A DNA stretch of 64,000 bases from Prochlorococcus sp. AG-402-L18 (GCA_003216725.1 QCIL01000004.1:26392-90391); one strand, 5' to 3'; shown: positions 19,891-31,407, counted from the stretch's first letter. Made by a program: numbers and translations. Notes: generated by a model not told the origin, from the letters alone.

Positions 19891-21660
19891 CTATTCTCCA
19901 ATTTTGAGATTATAAATTTTAGATATAAAAATTTTCCATGTGTATGCTGCATTACCGCTATTTAATTCTGTACTTTTATTATCGTCAAATCCTATCCAAA
20001 CCCCTGTAGTGAGATTATTAATCGAGCCAATGAACCAAAGATCTTTGTTACCGTCAGATGTACCTGTTTTACCAAATATTTTTTCCCCTTTTATCGAAGC
20101 AGCTAAAGCACTCCCCTCTTTTACCGATTTTTCAAGAAGTTTATTTAAATTTTTAGTTACATTTGAAACTAATACTCTTTTGGAAATAAATTTATTTTCC
20201 CAGATTGATTGTCCATTAAATGATTCAATTTTCTCTACTATGCTTGGGTTGTGAAGCTTACCATTATTGTTTACGGCAGCATAAACATTTGTAATGTTTA
20301 AAAGATTATCTCCAAAGGCTCCAATTGCTATTGATGGAAATTCTTGAAATTTTTGTTTAAATCCTAGACCAAATTCATTAGCTAGATTAATAATTTTATT
20401 TATACCAATTTTTTTAGCTATTTTTATAGGAACTATGTTAGATGAACTTTTAAATGCTTCCATTAATGACAAGTTTCCTCTATAAATTTCGGAAAAATTT
20501 TTTGGGCAATAATCTTTCCAACATGTTGGTAAATCTTTAAATTTATCGCTTAATTTAATACCTTCTTTTAATGCAGCAGCATAAGTGATAATTTTAAAAG
20601 TTGAACCTAAAGGTCGTACAGATGAGGTAACTCTATTGTATTCATTTATTGATGGATTTTTACTCGTTACCATTGTTCTGATTAATCCTGTATTAGATTC
20701 GATAGATAACAATGCAAATTGAACGTTATTCGGCTCAATCAATCCTGCAATATTTTGGGCATTTTCTTGCCAATCTTTATTAATACTTGATTTAATTCTT
20801 ATAAAATTATATTTATCTTTATTGTGAATTTTGCTATCAACCTCTTTGAGAATGAAATTAATTAATAACTTATCATTTATATAATTTTCACCTGGTTGAT
20901 ATTTTAAGGATATGTTCTCATTAATAGCTTTATTTCTATCTTCAAGAGATATGTATCCATCAAGATACATTGATTCAAGAATTTTATTTCTATTTTTTAT
21001 TGCTAATTCTTTATTTCTATATGGAGAATATATTGAAGGGGCTGGAGCTAAACCCGCAATTAATGCTACCTCTGATAAAGTTAATTCATTTATAAGTTTT
21101 CCAAAATAAATTTGTGAAGCCTCATTTACTCCATAAGCTCCTGATCCCAAATAGATGTTATTAAGATATATTTTTAAAATTTGATTTTTGCTATATCTGA
21201 AATCAAGTATCAAAGAGATAAATATTTCTTTGAATTTTCTTTGAAAACTTAAATCATTATTTAAAAAAATTAATCTCGCCACTTGTTGAGTTATTGTACT
21301 CCCCCCTTCCTTAAGATATCCACTTTTAAAATTGTTCTTAAGTGCTCTTAAAAGACCTATAAGATCAATCCCGTTGTGTTTTAAAAATCTTTTATCTTCA
21401 GCAGATATGAAAGCAGCTTTTATCAAAAATGGAATTTTGCTTTTATTATTATTAATTTCAAATTTTCGACTTAATTTGCTAAGTACCTTATTTTCAGAAG
21501 ACAAAATTACGTAAGAATATTTAGTTGTTTGGGAAAAGTTATTCTTAGAGGGATCAAAATTTAGAGTCGATATTATTAAATTAAAAATAGGAAAAGCAAT
21601 TCCGGAAGTTAATATTATAGGAACTATATAAATAAAATATTTAAATTTTATTTTTTGCAC
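19891..21660 (-). CDS. Class A penicillin-binding protein (transglycosylase/transpeptidase)
   Basis: AEDKRF..H.G, GGSTITQQ, STFK (SxxK), SSN and KTGT motifs. Confidence 0.92.
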   Translation of the reverse strand: MQKIKFKYFIYIVPIILTSGIAFPIFNLIISTLNFDPSKNNFSQTTKYSYVILSSENKVLSKLSRKFEINNNKSKIPFLIKAAFISAEDKRFLKHNGIDLIGLLRALKNNFKSGYLKEGGSTITQQVARLIFLNNDLSFQRKFKEIFISLILDFRYSKNQILKIYLNNIYLGSGAYGVNEASQIYFGKLINELTLSEVALIAGLAPAPSIYSPYRNKELAIKNRNKILESMYLDGYISLEDRNKAINENISLKYQPGENYINDKLLINFILKEVDSKIHNKDKYNFIRIKSSINKDWQENAQNIAGLIEPNNVQFALLSIESNTGLIRTMVTSKNPSINEYNRVTSSVRPLGSTFKIITYAAALKEGIKLSDKFKDLPTCWKDYCPKNFSEIYRGNLSLMEAFKSSSNIVPIKIAKKIGINKIINLANEFGLGFKQKFQEFPSIAIGAFGDNLLNITNVYAAVNNNGKLHNPSIVEKIESFNGQSIWENKFISKRVLVSNVTKNLNKLLEKSVKEGSALAASIKGEKIFGKTGTSDGNKDLWFIGSINNLTTGVWIGFDDNKSTELNSGNAAYTWKIFISKIYNLKIGE

Positions 21661-21661
21661 T

Positions 21662-22609
21662 TTAAGCGACTAGAAAACTATTTCCAATTGCCAGAGCTGT
21701 TACTAACATTCCAGTAATTAAGAAAGGTTGAGCACTTGCTTGGTACTTGACATCATATTTTAAAGGGTCTCTAAGTAACCACATGTCCTGAAATGTAATT
21801 TGAGGTATTACTAACAAAACCAAAATTACTGATGCTAAATGTTGGCCAATAATGATTAATACTGCAACCATCGCTAATTGAAAAATATCAATTAATCCTG
21901 CACTAATTCTACTGGCATTTTTAATTCCAAATATTACGGGCAATGAATTTAAACCTAGTTTTGAATCCCCTTCAACACTTTTGAAATCATTAATAACAGC
22001 TATCCCAAGCCCAGAAAGGCTATAGGCAAGTGTTAGTAATGCAGTTAAAATTGTCAATTTACCAAATAAAGCTTGCCCTGCCCACCATGGTAGGGCGATA
22101 TAAGATGCTCCCAATGCATAATTTCCCAACCAACCATTTTGCTTTAGTTTAAGAGGGGGGGCAGAATATATATAGCTAACGAATGAGCCTCCTAATGCTA
22201 AAACGAATACCGAGGGAAATGTATGTTTGGCATATAAATCTAAAAGAAAGGCAACTATTAATCCTGAAATAAGTAATACCCAGATTTGTACTTTAACCTC
22301 CTTTATTGATATTTTTCCAGATGGGATTGGTCTATTTGGTTCATTTATTGCGTCAATTTCTTTATCAAAAAAATCATTTATTGTTTGGGTATAACCTGCT
22401 AAAAGTGGTCCACTCATAAGCATGCAAGCTAATGATGCTAAAACATTGCTTAATGTCCAGTAAAATTTACCGCTTGCAGCAGCCCCACATATGACCCCCC
22501 AAATTAAAGGAATCCATGTAATCGGTTTCATTAACTGTATACGTAATTTCCATATACTTGATGTCTTAGAGGCACCCTTAATGCCTAATAGTTGTTTTGG
22601 ATCGTTCAC
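21662..22609 (-). CDS. chlG: Chlorophyll synthase
   Basis: QLMKPITWIPLIWG, NDFFDKEIDAINEP and NDFKSVEGD. Confidence 0.97.
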   Translation of the reverse strand: MNDPKQLLGIKGASKTSSIWKLRIQLMKPITWIPLIWGVICGAAASGKFYWTLSNVLASLACMLMSGPLLAGYTQTINDFFDKEIDAINEPNRPIPSGKISIKEVKVQIWVLLISGLIVAFLLDLYAKHTFPSVFVLALGGSFVSYIYSAPPLKLKQNGWLGNYALGASYIALPWWAGQALFGKLTILTALLTLAYSLSGLGIAVINDFKSVEGDSKLGLNSLPVIFGIKNASRISAGLIDIFQLAMVAVLIIIGQHLASVILVLLVIPQITFQDMWLLRDPLKYDVKYQASAQPFLITGMLVTALAIGNSFLVA

Positions 22610-22618
22610 TGTAACACC

Positions 22619-22843
22619 TTAACCTTTCTCAACTTCTTCTGGGAAAAACCAGTTTTCCTCTCCATTTTGGAATTTAGCAGTAATTCCTATGCTCATTCCG
22701 TCAGTCATTTTATATCCAGTTATTACAGCTTTTGGATTAGATGATATTTGATCAATTAATTTTGCAGGTAATCTATCTTTAACTTTGTTAATGTTAATTT
22801 TAATTTTACTGCCAATCTTGGGTAATAATTTTGTTTCGGCCAT
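22619..22843 (-). CDS. petP: Cytochrome b6f subunit PetP (DUF2862)
   Basis: IGSKIK...DRL...GYKMTDG..IG....F.....WFF.EE pattern; chlG-hisF neighbourhood. Confidence 0.8.
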   Translation of the reverse strand: MAETKLLPKIGSKIKININKVKDRLPAKLIDQISSNPKAVITGYKMTDGMSIGITAKFQNGEENWFFPEEVEKG

Positions 22844-22902
22844 AAGAGGTAAAATGGAAACTATTATGCAAGATTAACAGCATTTGGTCAATTTTTTTTA
22901 AA

Positions 22903-23673
22903 ATGGTAGCTCTTCGTTTAATTCCTTGTTTAGATGTAGCCAATGGCAGGGTAGTAAAAGGTGTTAATTTTGTTAATCTTAGAGATTCTGGCGATCCAGT
23001 TGAATTAGCTTGTAGGTATTCAGAGGAGGGTGCAGATGAATTAGTCTTTCTAGATATTAGAGCGAGTGTCGAGAATAGAAATACTCTAGTTGAACTTGTT
23101 TCTAGAACAGCAAAATCAGTAAAAATTCCTTTTACAGTCGGTGGCGGCATCGATTCTATTTCTTCGATAAACAATCTTTTAAGAGCTGGTGCAGATAAAG
23201 TAAGTTTGAATTCTTCTGCAGTCAATAATCCTGAATTAATTTCTAAAAGTTCTGAAAAATTTGGCAGTCAATGTATTGTTGTTGCAATTGATGCTAGAAA
23301 AAAAATCAAAACCCCAAATGAATGGGATGTTTATATTAATGGAGGGAGAAAAAATACTGGATTAGATGTAATAAATTGGGCAAAGAAAGTTGAACGATTA
23401 GGAGCTGGAGAAATCCTATTAACTTCTATGGATGGCGATGGAACCCAAAAAGGTTACGATTTAACTCTGACTCAAACAGTTGCTAATGTGGTTAATATTC
23501 CAGTAATTGCTTCTGGGGGAGCAGGTTGCCTAGATGATATCTCTGATGTTTTCCAAAAAGGAAGAGCCTCTGCGGCACTCTTGGCTTCATTGCTTCATGA
23601 TAAAAAACTTTCTATTAAAGAGATAAAATCTTTCCTTCTTGAAAAAGGATTATTAATAAGACCTAATGAGTGA
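22903..23673 (+). CDS. hisF: Imidazole glycerol phosphate synthase cyclase subunit
   Basis: RLIPCLDV...[17 protein letters not shown] and [15 protein letters not shown]. Confidence 0.98.
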   Translation: MVALRLIPCLDVANGRVVKGVNFVNLRDSGDPVELACRYSEEGADELVFLDIRASVENRNTLVELVSRTAKSVKIPFTVGGGIDSISSINNLLRAGADKVSLNSSAVNNPELISKSSEKFGSQCIVVAIDARKKIKTPNEWDVYINGGRKNTGLDVINWAKKVERLGAGEILLTSMDGDGTQKGYDLTLTQTVANVVNIPVIASGGAGCLDDISDVFQKGRASAALLASLLHDKKLSIKEIKSFLLEKGLLIRPNE

Positions 23674-23714
23674 TAATAAATATTTAAAATAAGAACAGTT
23701 TTACAATAATAAAT

Positions 23715-24416
23715 ATGAGAAATAAAAAAAATCTTCAAGTAAAATCAATTTTTAATAAAATTTCTTGTAATTACGACTTCTTAAATAATTTACTAAGTTT
23801 TGGATTACATAATTCATGGAAAAGCAAATTGGTTGAGTTGTTGAATCCAAAAAATGGGGAAAATTGGGCAGATTTGTGTTGTGGAACAGGAGATTTATCT
23901 TTTTTAATTTATAAAAAAGTAATGCCTAATGGTTCTGTAACTGGGATAGATAATGCAAAAGAAATTTTGAATGTAGCAAAAATAAGGTCTCATTCTATAA
24001 GTAATAAATATATACATTGGGAGAAACAAGATGTTTTAAATATCGATGAAAAATTCAGAGATTATGATGGAATTTGTATGTCTTACGGTTTAAGAAACTT
24101 GGAGGATGTTGAAGAGGGCATTAAAAAAGTTTTTAACCTCTTAACTGATCGAGGACGGGCTGGATTTTTGGATTTTAATCATCCTAAATTAAACTCTCTT
24201 CCTGATATTTTTCAAAAATTATATTTAAGATTTATAGTAATACCTATTTCAACTATTTTTAAGTTAAGAAAAGAATACTCTTATATAGAAAAAAGCATTA
24301 AAAACTTTCCAGAAGGAAGAGAATTAATTGCAATAGCGGAGAAAATAGGATTCAGGAAGGTTTTATATAGAACTATTTTTCTGAATCAAATGGGAATATT
24401 AATTTTAGAAAAATAA
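23715..24416 (+). CDS. menG: UbiE/MenG family quinone methyltransferase
   Basis: F..I...YDFLNNLLSFGLH..W, DLCCGTGD and YGLRN. Confidence 0.82.
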   Translation: MRNKKNLQVKSIFNKISCNYDFLNNLLSFGLHNSWKSKLVELLNPKNGENWADLCCGTGDLSFLIYKKVMPNGSVTGIDNAKEILNVAKIRSHSISNKYIHWEKQDVLNIDEKFRDYDGICMSYGLRNLEDVEEGIKKVFNLLTDRGRAGFLDFNHPKLNSLPDIFQKLYLRFIVIPISTIFKLRKEYSYIEKSIKNFPEGRELIAIAEKIGFRKVLYRTIFLNQMGILILEK

Positions 24417-24430
24417 ATAAATTTAAATTT

Positions 24431-24913
24431 TTAATTATTTTTTCTCCAACAAAAAGTACATTTACCCCATCTTAATATTTCCCCTTCTGGTGTAGGGCTG
24501 TTACAAAACTTACAAGCAATAGTATTTTGATTAATTATTCTATTTGGGTGATTATCCCATACAGATTTTGGGTTGATATCTTTTTTATTTATTGTTATAG
24601 CTTCATAATTTTGAATTATTTTTATTTCATCAAGATATATCCCTAGTTTATCAATAGTTTCTTTTAATTTATGTTTGTTGTAAGTTAATGCTTGGCGCCA
24701 TTGTGGATGATTTACGGCAACAGTAAGAATTTTTTTTTCAATTTTTAGGGGTTTACATTGCTTAGATAATTCTAAACCTATAACTTTTTCCCAATTCTCG
24801 TTGAGTTTGGATAATTTATCTAAATCTTTCCAGGATTTTTTTAATTCATTCAAACAAGTTTGTAATGATTTTGCGAATCTACGATTTGATTTTGGTAAGT
24901 ATTCTCTTTTCAA
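24431..24913 (-). CDS. DUF721 (DciA-like) protein with C-terminal Zn ribbon
   Basis: W..VIG..L...C.P...L.VAV.HPQW; CKFC...CTFC. Confidence 0.75.
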   Translation of the reverse strand: MKREYLPKSNRRFAKSLQTCLNELKKSWKDLDKLSKLNENWEKVIGLELSKQCKPLKIEKKILTVAVNHPQWRQALTYNKHKLKETIDKLGIYLDEIKIIQNYEAITINKKDINPKSVWDNHPNRIINQNTIACKFCNSPTPEGEILRWGKCTFCWRKNN

Positions 24914-24987
24914 GTTTTAAAATAAGGTCATATTAATCAAGATAAGCTAATCTTACAAAGGGTTCCTTTTTTTAGTGTTAAGGATTT

Positions 24988-25737
24988 GTGAAATTTCTGG
25001 GCTCCGCAGCTAGGACAGCTTATTTTTTAAAAAAAATTCAGGGTTTATCCCCTAATTGGAAAATAAATTATAAATTAAAATGTATAAGTACTGAACATGA
25101 ACTAACAAATTTTATTAGAAAATTTCAGATAAAAAAAGATAAACCAGTTGTAATTATTGCTAAAGAACAGTCATCAGCTTTCGGACAGAATTCCAGGGTC
25201 TGGGTTTCTCCTAAAGGGGGAATTTGGTTAAGTGCAGCCTATCCAATATTTTCAAATAATTTCTCAAGTGAAGATCTAAGCTTATCATTAGCAATAAAGT
25301 TATGTGAAATGTTGGAGGAAGAATCTATAAAGGTTAAATTAAAATGGCCAAATGATATTTTATTTAATTCAAAAAAACTTATTGGATTCTTACCAAGAGT
25401 AATAACAAGAGGTAGAAAAATTATTTATGTGAGGATAGGTCTTGGAATGAATTTTTTAAATAAAACACCAGAAGAGGGGATATCATTGTCTGAAATACTT
25501 AATAAAAAACAAATTTGTCAGTATTATTGGACTGCAAAGATTCTTAAAACTATAAATGAGGCAATTTTAATAAATGGTAGGAAAAAATTTATTATTGAAA
25601 AGGCAAATAAATACTTAACAAAAAACTATTTACCTAAAGGTTATAGCTCAAATCAATGGCAAATTAAAGAGATTGATAATGATGGGCATTTAAGGATTTT
25701 TGATAAGGATCATGAAAAAATATTAAAAAGGTTTTGA
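24988..25737 (+). CDS. birA: Biotin--acetyl-CoA carboxylase ligase
   Basis: ST, Q...GQ..RVWVSPKGG and LKWPNDI motifs. Confidence 0.88.
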   Translation: MKFLGSAARTAYFLKKIQGLSPNWKINYKLKCISTEHELTNFIRKFQIKKDKPVVIIAKEQSSAFGQNSRVWVSPKGGIWLSAAYPIFSNNFSSEDLSLSLAIKLCEMLEEESIKVKLKWPNDILFNSKKLIGFLPRVITRGRKIIYVRIGLGMNFLNKTPEEGISLSEILNKKQICQYYWTAKILKTINEAILINGRKKFIIEKANKYLTKNYLPKGYSSNQWQIKEIDNDGHLRIFDKDHEKILKRF

Positions 25738-25739
25738 AT

Positions 25740-26426
25740 TCATATGACTTTCAAATCAACTATTTTACCATCTTTAAATTTTGCTATTTTTTTTGCACGA
25801 CTTGCTACCTCATCTTCGTGGGTAACAAGAACTATAGTTATTCCTGTTTCATGCAATTTATCAAAAAGGTCTAAGACATCTTCCGTTGTTTTTGAATCTA
25901 ATGCTCCAGTAGGTTCGTCGGCTAATAAAAGTGAAGGGTTGTTTATTATCGCTCTTGCTATTGCAACACGTTGTTGTTGGCCTCCTGATAATTGATTTGG
26001 ACGATTATTGATTCTTTCAGAGAGACCAACTTTTTCTAGCGCATTAATCGCTTTCTCTTCTCTTTCTTTAGGATCAACCCCTGCATAAATCATTGGTAAA
26101 AGAACATTTTCAAGTGCTGTAGCGTCTGATAGTAGATGGAATTGTTGAAAAACGAATCCTAGCTTTTGGTTTCTTAATTCAGCTAATTCATCATCTGATA
26201 AGTTCTCAACTGGAGTCCCATTAAGTTTGTATATTCCTTGAGATGGCCTGTCCAAACAACCAAGAATGTTCATTGCAGTACTTTTACCTGAGCCACTAGC
26301 ACCCATAACAGCTAAATAATCACCTCTATAAATCTCTAAATCTACATTATCAAGAGCTTTTACAACCAAATCGTCTTTGCCATATGTTTTGGAAACTTTT
26401 TCTAAAGTTGCAACCTTTTTAATCAT
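25740..26426 (-). CDS. ABC transporter ATP-binding protein (LolD/MacB-like)
   Basis: GASGSGKST, LSGGQQQRVAIARA and LADEPTGALD. Confidence 0.92.
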   Translation of the reverse strand: MIKKVATLEKVSKTYGKDDLVVKALDNVDLEIYRGDYLAVMGASGSGKSTAMNILGCLDRPSQGIYKLNGTPVENLSDDELAELRNQKLGFVFQQFHLLSDATALENVLLPMIYAGVDPKEREEKAINALEKVGLSERINNRPNQLSGGQQQRVAIARAIINNPSLLLADEPTGALDSKTTEDVLDLFDKLHETGITIVLVTHEDEVASRAKKIAKFKDGKIVDLKVI

Positions 26427-26439
26427 TTAAGAATAGTGC

Positions 26440-27951
26440 TTAATTAGATATAGCAAGAATATCCTTCAAAAAAGAAGTTTCTGATACTGCCGTATTAGCT
26501 AATTTAAAAAGAGGGTTAGAAAGTATCCCACCAAAAGCTGTGACAGCTACACATGTATATAGTGCAATTCGTAGAGGAGGTAATCCTATAATGCTCCAGT
26601 TTATTTCAGGATATGATTTAACTATTTCAGAAGATTCTTTTGGTTCTTTTACAACCATCATTTTTATTACTGAAATGTAATAGTAAATTGAAATTACTGA
26701 AGTTACTAATCCAATTACAACTAGTAAGTATTGATGATTAGACCAACCTGCAAAAAATAAATATATTTTGCCAAAGAAACCTAGCATAGGCGGAAGCCCG
26801 CCAAGTGAAAGAAGACAAAGGCTCAAGCCCAGAGTAATTAGAGGATCTTTTTGGTAAAGACCTGAATAATCTGCGATTCTGTCAGAACCAGTTCTTAGAG
26901 AAAAAAGTATTACGCATGAAAAAGCCCCTAAATTCATAAATAAGTATGCTGCTAAATATAAAACTGAGGCTGATAAACCATCTTGAGTTCCCGAGACTAT
27001 TCCAATCATTACGAAACCAGCTTGACCTATTGAACTGTAAGCGAGCATTCTTTTCATTGATGTTTGAGCTAGTGCAACAACATTTCCTAAGACCATACTT
27101 AAGATGGCTAGGATAGTAAATAATAATTTCCATTGTTCGTCAAACGTGTAAAAAGTGGTACTTAAAATTCTTATTGCAAAAGCAAATCCTGCAGTCTTGG
27201 ATCCTACAGATAAAAATGCTACTACTGGTGTTGGAGATCCTTCGTACACATCTGGCGTCCACTGATGAAAAGGAACTGCAGCTATCTTGAAGGCAACAGT
27301 TGATAAGACAAAAACCAATGCTAACGATGTTATAAATGAAGGTTTATTTATTATTTCTAATCCAATTGTAAACAAATTTGTCGAACCACTTAAACCATAA
27401 AGAAATGAAGAACCATATAAATAAACGGCAGCAGCGGCTGATCCTACAAGAAGGTATTTTAATGCTGCTTCCGAACTTCTTGGATCTCTTTTTAAGTAAC
27501 CAGAAAGTAAATAGCTAGCAACTGATAAAGTCTCTAAAGATATAAACACACTTATAAGGTCAGTGGATCCACACAAAAGCATGGCTCCAAGTGTTGCGGA
27601 TAAAACTATCGCAGCAAATTCACCTATAGGACTCCCACTTTGCTCGGTATAACGCCAACTTATAAGTAATGAAATAAGGGTTGATAAAGCAATAATAGCT
27701 CTAAAAGCAATAGCTAAGTTATCTGAATAAAAAGAGCCTAGGAATGATTGATTAACAGGGTTGCTCCACTGTAAAGCGAGACTTGTTAGTGAACTGCCTA
27801 ATGAAATGTAACAAATTACTGGCGCCCATCTTGAGGCTGTCTTTTCACCAGCGAGATCAACTAGTAGAGTTCCAACAATACCAAGTAAAATGAAAGCCTC
27901 TGGAATAATAGCTTGTGCATTTAAATTAATTGTAAAGATTTCGTTGGGCAC
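26440..27951 (-). CDS. ndhB: NAD(P)H-quinone oxidoreductase subunit 2
   Basis: [32 protein letters not shown] and [13 protein letters not shown]. Confidence 0.97.
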   Translation of the reverse strand: MPNEIFTINLNAQAIIPEAFILLGIVGTLLVDLAGEKTASRWAPVICYISLGSSLTSLALQWSNPVNQSFLGSFYSDNLAIAFRAIIALSTLISLLISWRYTEQSGSPIGEFAAIVLSATLGAMLLCGSTDLISVFISLETLSVASYLLSGYLKRDPRSSEAALKYLLVGSAAAAVYLYGSSFLYGLSGSTNLFTIGLEIINKPSFITSLALVFVLSTVAFKIAAVPFHQWTPDVYEGSPTPVVAFLSVGSKTAGFAFAIRILSTTFYTFDEQWKLLFTILAILSMVLGNVVALAQTSMKRMLAYSSIGQAGFVMIGIVSGTQDGLSASVLYLAAYLFMNLGAFSCVILFSLRTGSDRIADYSGLYQKDPLITLGLSLCLLSLGGLPPMLGFFGKIYLFFAGWSNHQYLLVVIGLVTSVISIYYYISVIKMMVVKEPKESSEIVKSYPEINWSIIGLPPLRIALYTCVAVTAFGGILSNPLFKLANTAVSETSFLKDILAISN

Positions 27952-28116
27952 TTAATTAAAATGTAGGTTGGATTGTAAGGATTTAAGAGTTAATCTTAAC
28001 TTGATTATAATTTGTGGGTATGAAATTTGAAATTCTCAAGAAATATTGCTTGAAAAGCTTCAAATAATCATAATATGCCCTAAGTGGACAAAAACACCAA
28101 TTTATTTTAATAAACC

Positions 28117-30723
28117 TTGGATCACACACTTGTTATTGTTGAAAGCCCCACGAAAGCAAAAACTATAAGAAAGTTTTTGCCATCTAATTATGAAGTTCTT
28201 GCTTCGATGGGACATGTTAGAGATCTTCCAAAAGGAGCTGCTGAAATTCCTGCTGCTGTAAAAAAAGAAAAATGGTCAAGGATAGGTGTCAATACCTCAG
28301 AGGATTTTGAACCACTATATATAGTTCCCAAAGATAAAAAGAAAGTTGTTAAAGAATTAAAAAATGCATTAAAAGATGCAACACAATTGTTATTGGCAAC
28401 TGATGAAGATAGAGAAGGAGAAAGTATTAGTTGGCATCTTTTACAAATTCTAAAACCAAAAATACCAACTAAGAGAATGGTTTTTCATGAAATTACAAAG
28501 AAAGCAATAAGTAAAGCTCTAGATGAAACAAGAGAAATTGATATGGAATTAGTTCAAGCTCAAGAAACCCGAAGAATCCTTGATAGACTTTTTGGATATG
28601 AATTATCGCCATTGCTTTGGAAAAAAGTAGCTCCCAGATTGTCTGCAGGCCGTGTTCAGTCAGTATCAGTTAGATTGCTTGTAAAAAAAGAAAGAGAAAG
28701 AAGATCATTTAGAAAAGCCTCATACTGGGGTATAAAAGCTACCTTAGTCAAAGACAAGATTTGTTTTGAAACTAAATTATTCAGTTTAAAAAATCAAAAA
28801 ATTGCTATCGGTTCCGATTTCGATGAAAAAACAGGAAGGTTAAATGAAAATAATAAGTCATTAGTATTAAGCGAAAATAAAGTAAATAATTTGCTCAAAG
28901 ATTTTTCGAAACAATCATGGAAAGTTTTGAATGTTGAGAAAAAACCAACTTTAAGGAAGCCTGTCCCTCCATTCACTACAAGCACATTACAACAAGAAGC
29001 TAATAGAAAACTTAGATTATCTGCTAGAGAAACCATGAGATGTGCTCAAGGTCTTTATGAAAGAGGTTTTATTACATATATGAGAACTGATTCGGTGCAA
29101 CTTTCCGAACAAGCAATAAATGCTGCTAGGAAATGTGTAAGTTCGAAATATGGCGATGAATATTTATCTAAATCGCCCAGACAATTTAATTCAAATGCTA
29201 GAAATGCTCAAGAAGCACATGAGGCCATTAGACCTGCTGGAGAGTCATTTAAGACACCAAGTGAAACAAATCTGTCAGGTAGAGATTTATCTCTTTATGA
29301 TTTGATTTGGAAAAGAACAGTTGCTAGTCAAATGGCTGAGGCAAGGCTAACAATGATCAATGCTGAAATAAAAGTGGGCGATGGATTATTTAAATCAAGC
29401 GGAAAAAGTATTGATTTCCCAGGATTCTTTAGAGCCTATGTTGAGGGTAGTGATGACCCAAGTTCTTCTCTTGAGCAACAAGAAGTGATCCTTCCAGATT
29501 TAAGTATTGGTGCCATTCTAGATGTTTCTAATAGTGAGACTACTTATCATGAAACCAAACCACCTGCTAGATATACTGAGGCTGCATTAGTAAAAGTCTT
29601 AGAGAAAGAAGGTATTGGGAGACCTTCTACTTATGCGAGTATTATTGGAACAATTGTTGATAGAGGCTATGCAAATATTTCTTCAAATAGTTTGGCTCCG
29701 ACATTCACAGCTTTTGCTGTTACTGCCTTATTAGAGGAACATTTTCCTGATTTGGTTGATACTACTTTTACAGCAAAAATGGAGTCTTCATTGGATGAAA
29801 TATCTTCAGGCAATCTTGAGTGGCTCCCATATTTAGAGACTTTTTATAAAGGTAAGAATGGCCTTGAAATAAAAGTTCAGAAAACTGAAGGAGACATTGA
29901 TGGAAAGGCATACAGGCAAGTTGACTTCGATGATCTTCCCTGTATTGTTAGGATTGGCTCTAATGGACCTTGGTTAGAAGGAGTAAAAATTGACGAATCT
30001 GGGAATGAGATTCAAGCTAAAGGTAATCTTCCCATGGATATCACTCCAGGTGATTTAGACAAAAAGAAAGTTGATCAAATTTTGAGTGGTCCTTCAGATC
30101 TAGGAACTGATCCAAAAACTGGAGAAAAAGTGTTTCTGAGATTTGGGCCTTATGGTCCGTACGTTCAGCTAGGAAGTAATGATCAAGAAAAAGCTAAACC
30201 AAGACGGGCGTCTTTGCCAAAAGAATTAAAGACTGATGATCTGACTTTAGAAGAGGCTTTGCAACTTTTGAGTCTTCCAAAATTGCTTGGAGTTCATCCC
30301 GAAGGGGGAATTATTGAAGCTGATAGAGGGAGATTTGGGCCTTATATTAAATGGATGAAAAATGAAAATGAGTTTGAAAATAGGTCTTTAAAAAAAGAGG
30401 ATGATATATTTGCGATCGACCTTGGCAGAGCATTAGAAATTCTTGCCATGCCTAAACTTGGTAGAGGGGGGCAAGAAGTGCTTAAAGATTTTGGAAAACC
30501 TGAGGGATTTAACGATAAAGTACAATTATTGAATGGAAGGTATGGAGTTTATGTAAAGTGTGGCAAGACAAATGTTTCTCTTCCTAAAGATACTGATATA
30601 GAAAAATTTTTAATTGATGACGCTATTGCTCTTTTGTCAGAAAAACTTAAAGAGAAAAAAGGTGCTACTTTGAAAAAAATTAAAAAAAGAAGTAAAAAAA
30701 CTATTAAAGAAAAGAGAAAATAG
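28117..30723 (+). CDS. topA: DNA topoisomerase I
   Basis: LVIVESPTKAKTI, ATDEDREGE, SAGRVQS, ITYMRTD (catalytic Tyr) and C-terminal GPYGPY repeats. Confidence 0.98.
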   Translation: MDHTLVIVESPTKAKTIRKFLPSNYEVLASMGHVRDLPKGAAEIPAAVKKEKWSRIGVNTSEDFEPLYIVPKDKKKVVKELKNALKDATQLLLATDEDREGESISWHLLQILKPKIPTKRMVFHEITKKAISKALDETREIDMELVQAQETRRILDRLFGYELSPLLWKKVAPRLSAGRVQSVSVRLLVKKERERRSFRKASYWGIKATLVKDKICFETKLFSLKNQKIAIGSDFDEKTGRLNENNKSLVLSENKVNNLLKDFSKQSWKVLNVEKKPTLRKPVPPFTTSTLQQEANRKLRLSARETMRCAQGLYERGFITYMRTDSVQLSEQAINAARKCVSSKYGDEYLSKSPRQFNSNARNAQEAHEAIRPAGESFKTPSETNLSGRDLSLYDLIWKRTVASQMAEARLTMINAEIKVGDGLFKSSGKSIDFPGFFRAYVEGSDDPSSSLEQQEVILPDLSIGAILDVSNSETTYHETKPPARYTEAALVKVLEKEGIGRPSTYASIIGTIVDRGYANISSNSLAPTFTAFAVTALLEEHFPDLVDTTFTAKMESSLDEISSGNLEWLPYLETFYKGKNGLEIKVQKTEGDIDGKAYRQVDFDDLPCIVRIGSNGPWLEGVKIDESGNEIQAKGNLPMDITPGDLDKKKVDQILSGPSDLGTDPKTGEKVFLRFGPYGPYVQLGSNDQEKAKPRRASLPKELKTDDLTLEEALQLLSLPKLLGVHPEGGIIEADRGRFGPYIKWMKNENEFENRSLKKEDDIFAIDLGRALEILAMPKLGRGGQEVLKDFGKPEGFNDKVQLLNGRYGVYVKCGKTNVSLPKDTDIEKFLIDDAIALLSEKLKEKKGATLKKIKKRSKKTIKEKRK

Positions 30724-30730
30724 AAACAAT

Positions 30731-31390
30731 ATGTTTATTAAAATAAAAGGTTTATTTTTATTTGTTTTTTTAATTTTACTGCAATCATGTTCTGGTGGGA
30801 AAGTTGGAAATTTTCTTGAATCAAGTTTTGATAACTTAGGAGAAATTAATAAAATAGAAGATTCCAAAAAACGATTAAATACAGAAAGAAAAGCAGATGA
30901 TAAAAAAATTCTTCAAGAAATAAAAAAAGAAGATGATCAAATAACAGTCTCAAAAAGTAAAAAAGAATTTAATTCAGTAAGAAAAATCAATAATAAAAAA
31001 AATTTTAAAGTAGTAAAAAAAAGAGATGATGAAACAATAGCTTCAAAAAGTAAAAAAGAATTAAATACAGAAAGAAAAGCAAATGATAAAAAAATTCTTC
31101 AAGAAATAAAAAAAAAAGATGATCAAATAACAGTCTCAAAAAATAAAAAAGTTATTGATTTAAAAATGAAATCTGATAAAGGTAAAAGAATTATGTCGGG
31201 TAAAAATTTTACTAATAAAAGGAGAAACGAACTTCAATCTTACAAAATAATATTTATTTTAAAAGATGTTGATCCAAAGGATCCTACAAAAAATATAAGT
31301 AATTTATTAAGGAATTCTGATATAAATTTTGAAATTGAAAAGATAGAAAAGTTTGTTGATTTTAAAAATAACAATAAAAAAATTAATTAA
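30731..31390 (+). CDS. Hypothetical lipoprotein with Lys-rich internal repeats
   Basis: Signal peptide with lipobox LQSC and three 31-aa repeat units. Confidence 0.75.
   Translation: MFIKIKGLFLFVFLILLQSCSGGKVGNFLESSFDNLGEINKIEDSKKRLNTERKADDKKILQEIKKEDDQITVSKSKKEFNSVRKINNKKNFKVVKKRDDETIASKSKKELNTERKANDKKILQEIKKKDDQITVSKNKKVIDLKMKSDKGKRIMSGKNFTNKRRNELQSYKIIFILKDVDPKDPTKNISNLLRNSDINFEIEKIEKFVDFKNNNKKIN
30875..31153 (+). repeat. Three tandem 93-bp in-frame units (A-B-A')
   Basis: Units start at 30875, 30968 and 31061. Units 1 and 3 are nearly identical and unit 2 is diverged. Confidence 0.9.
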
Positions 31391-31407
31391 AAAGTTTTGA
31401 AATATTA

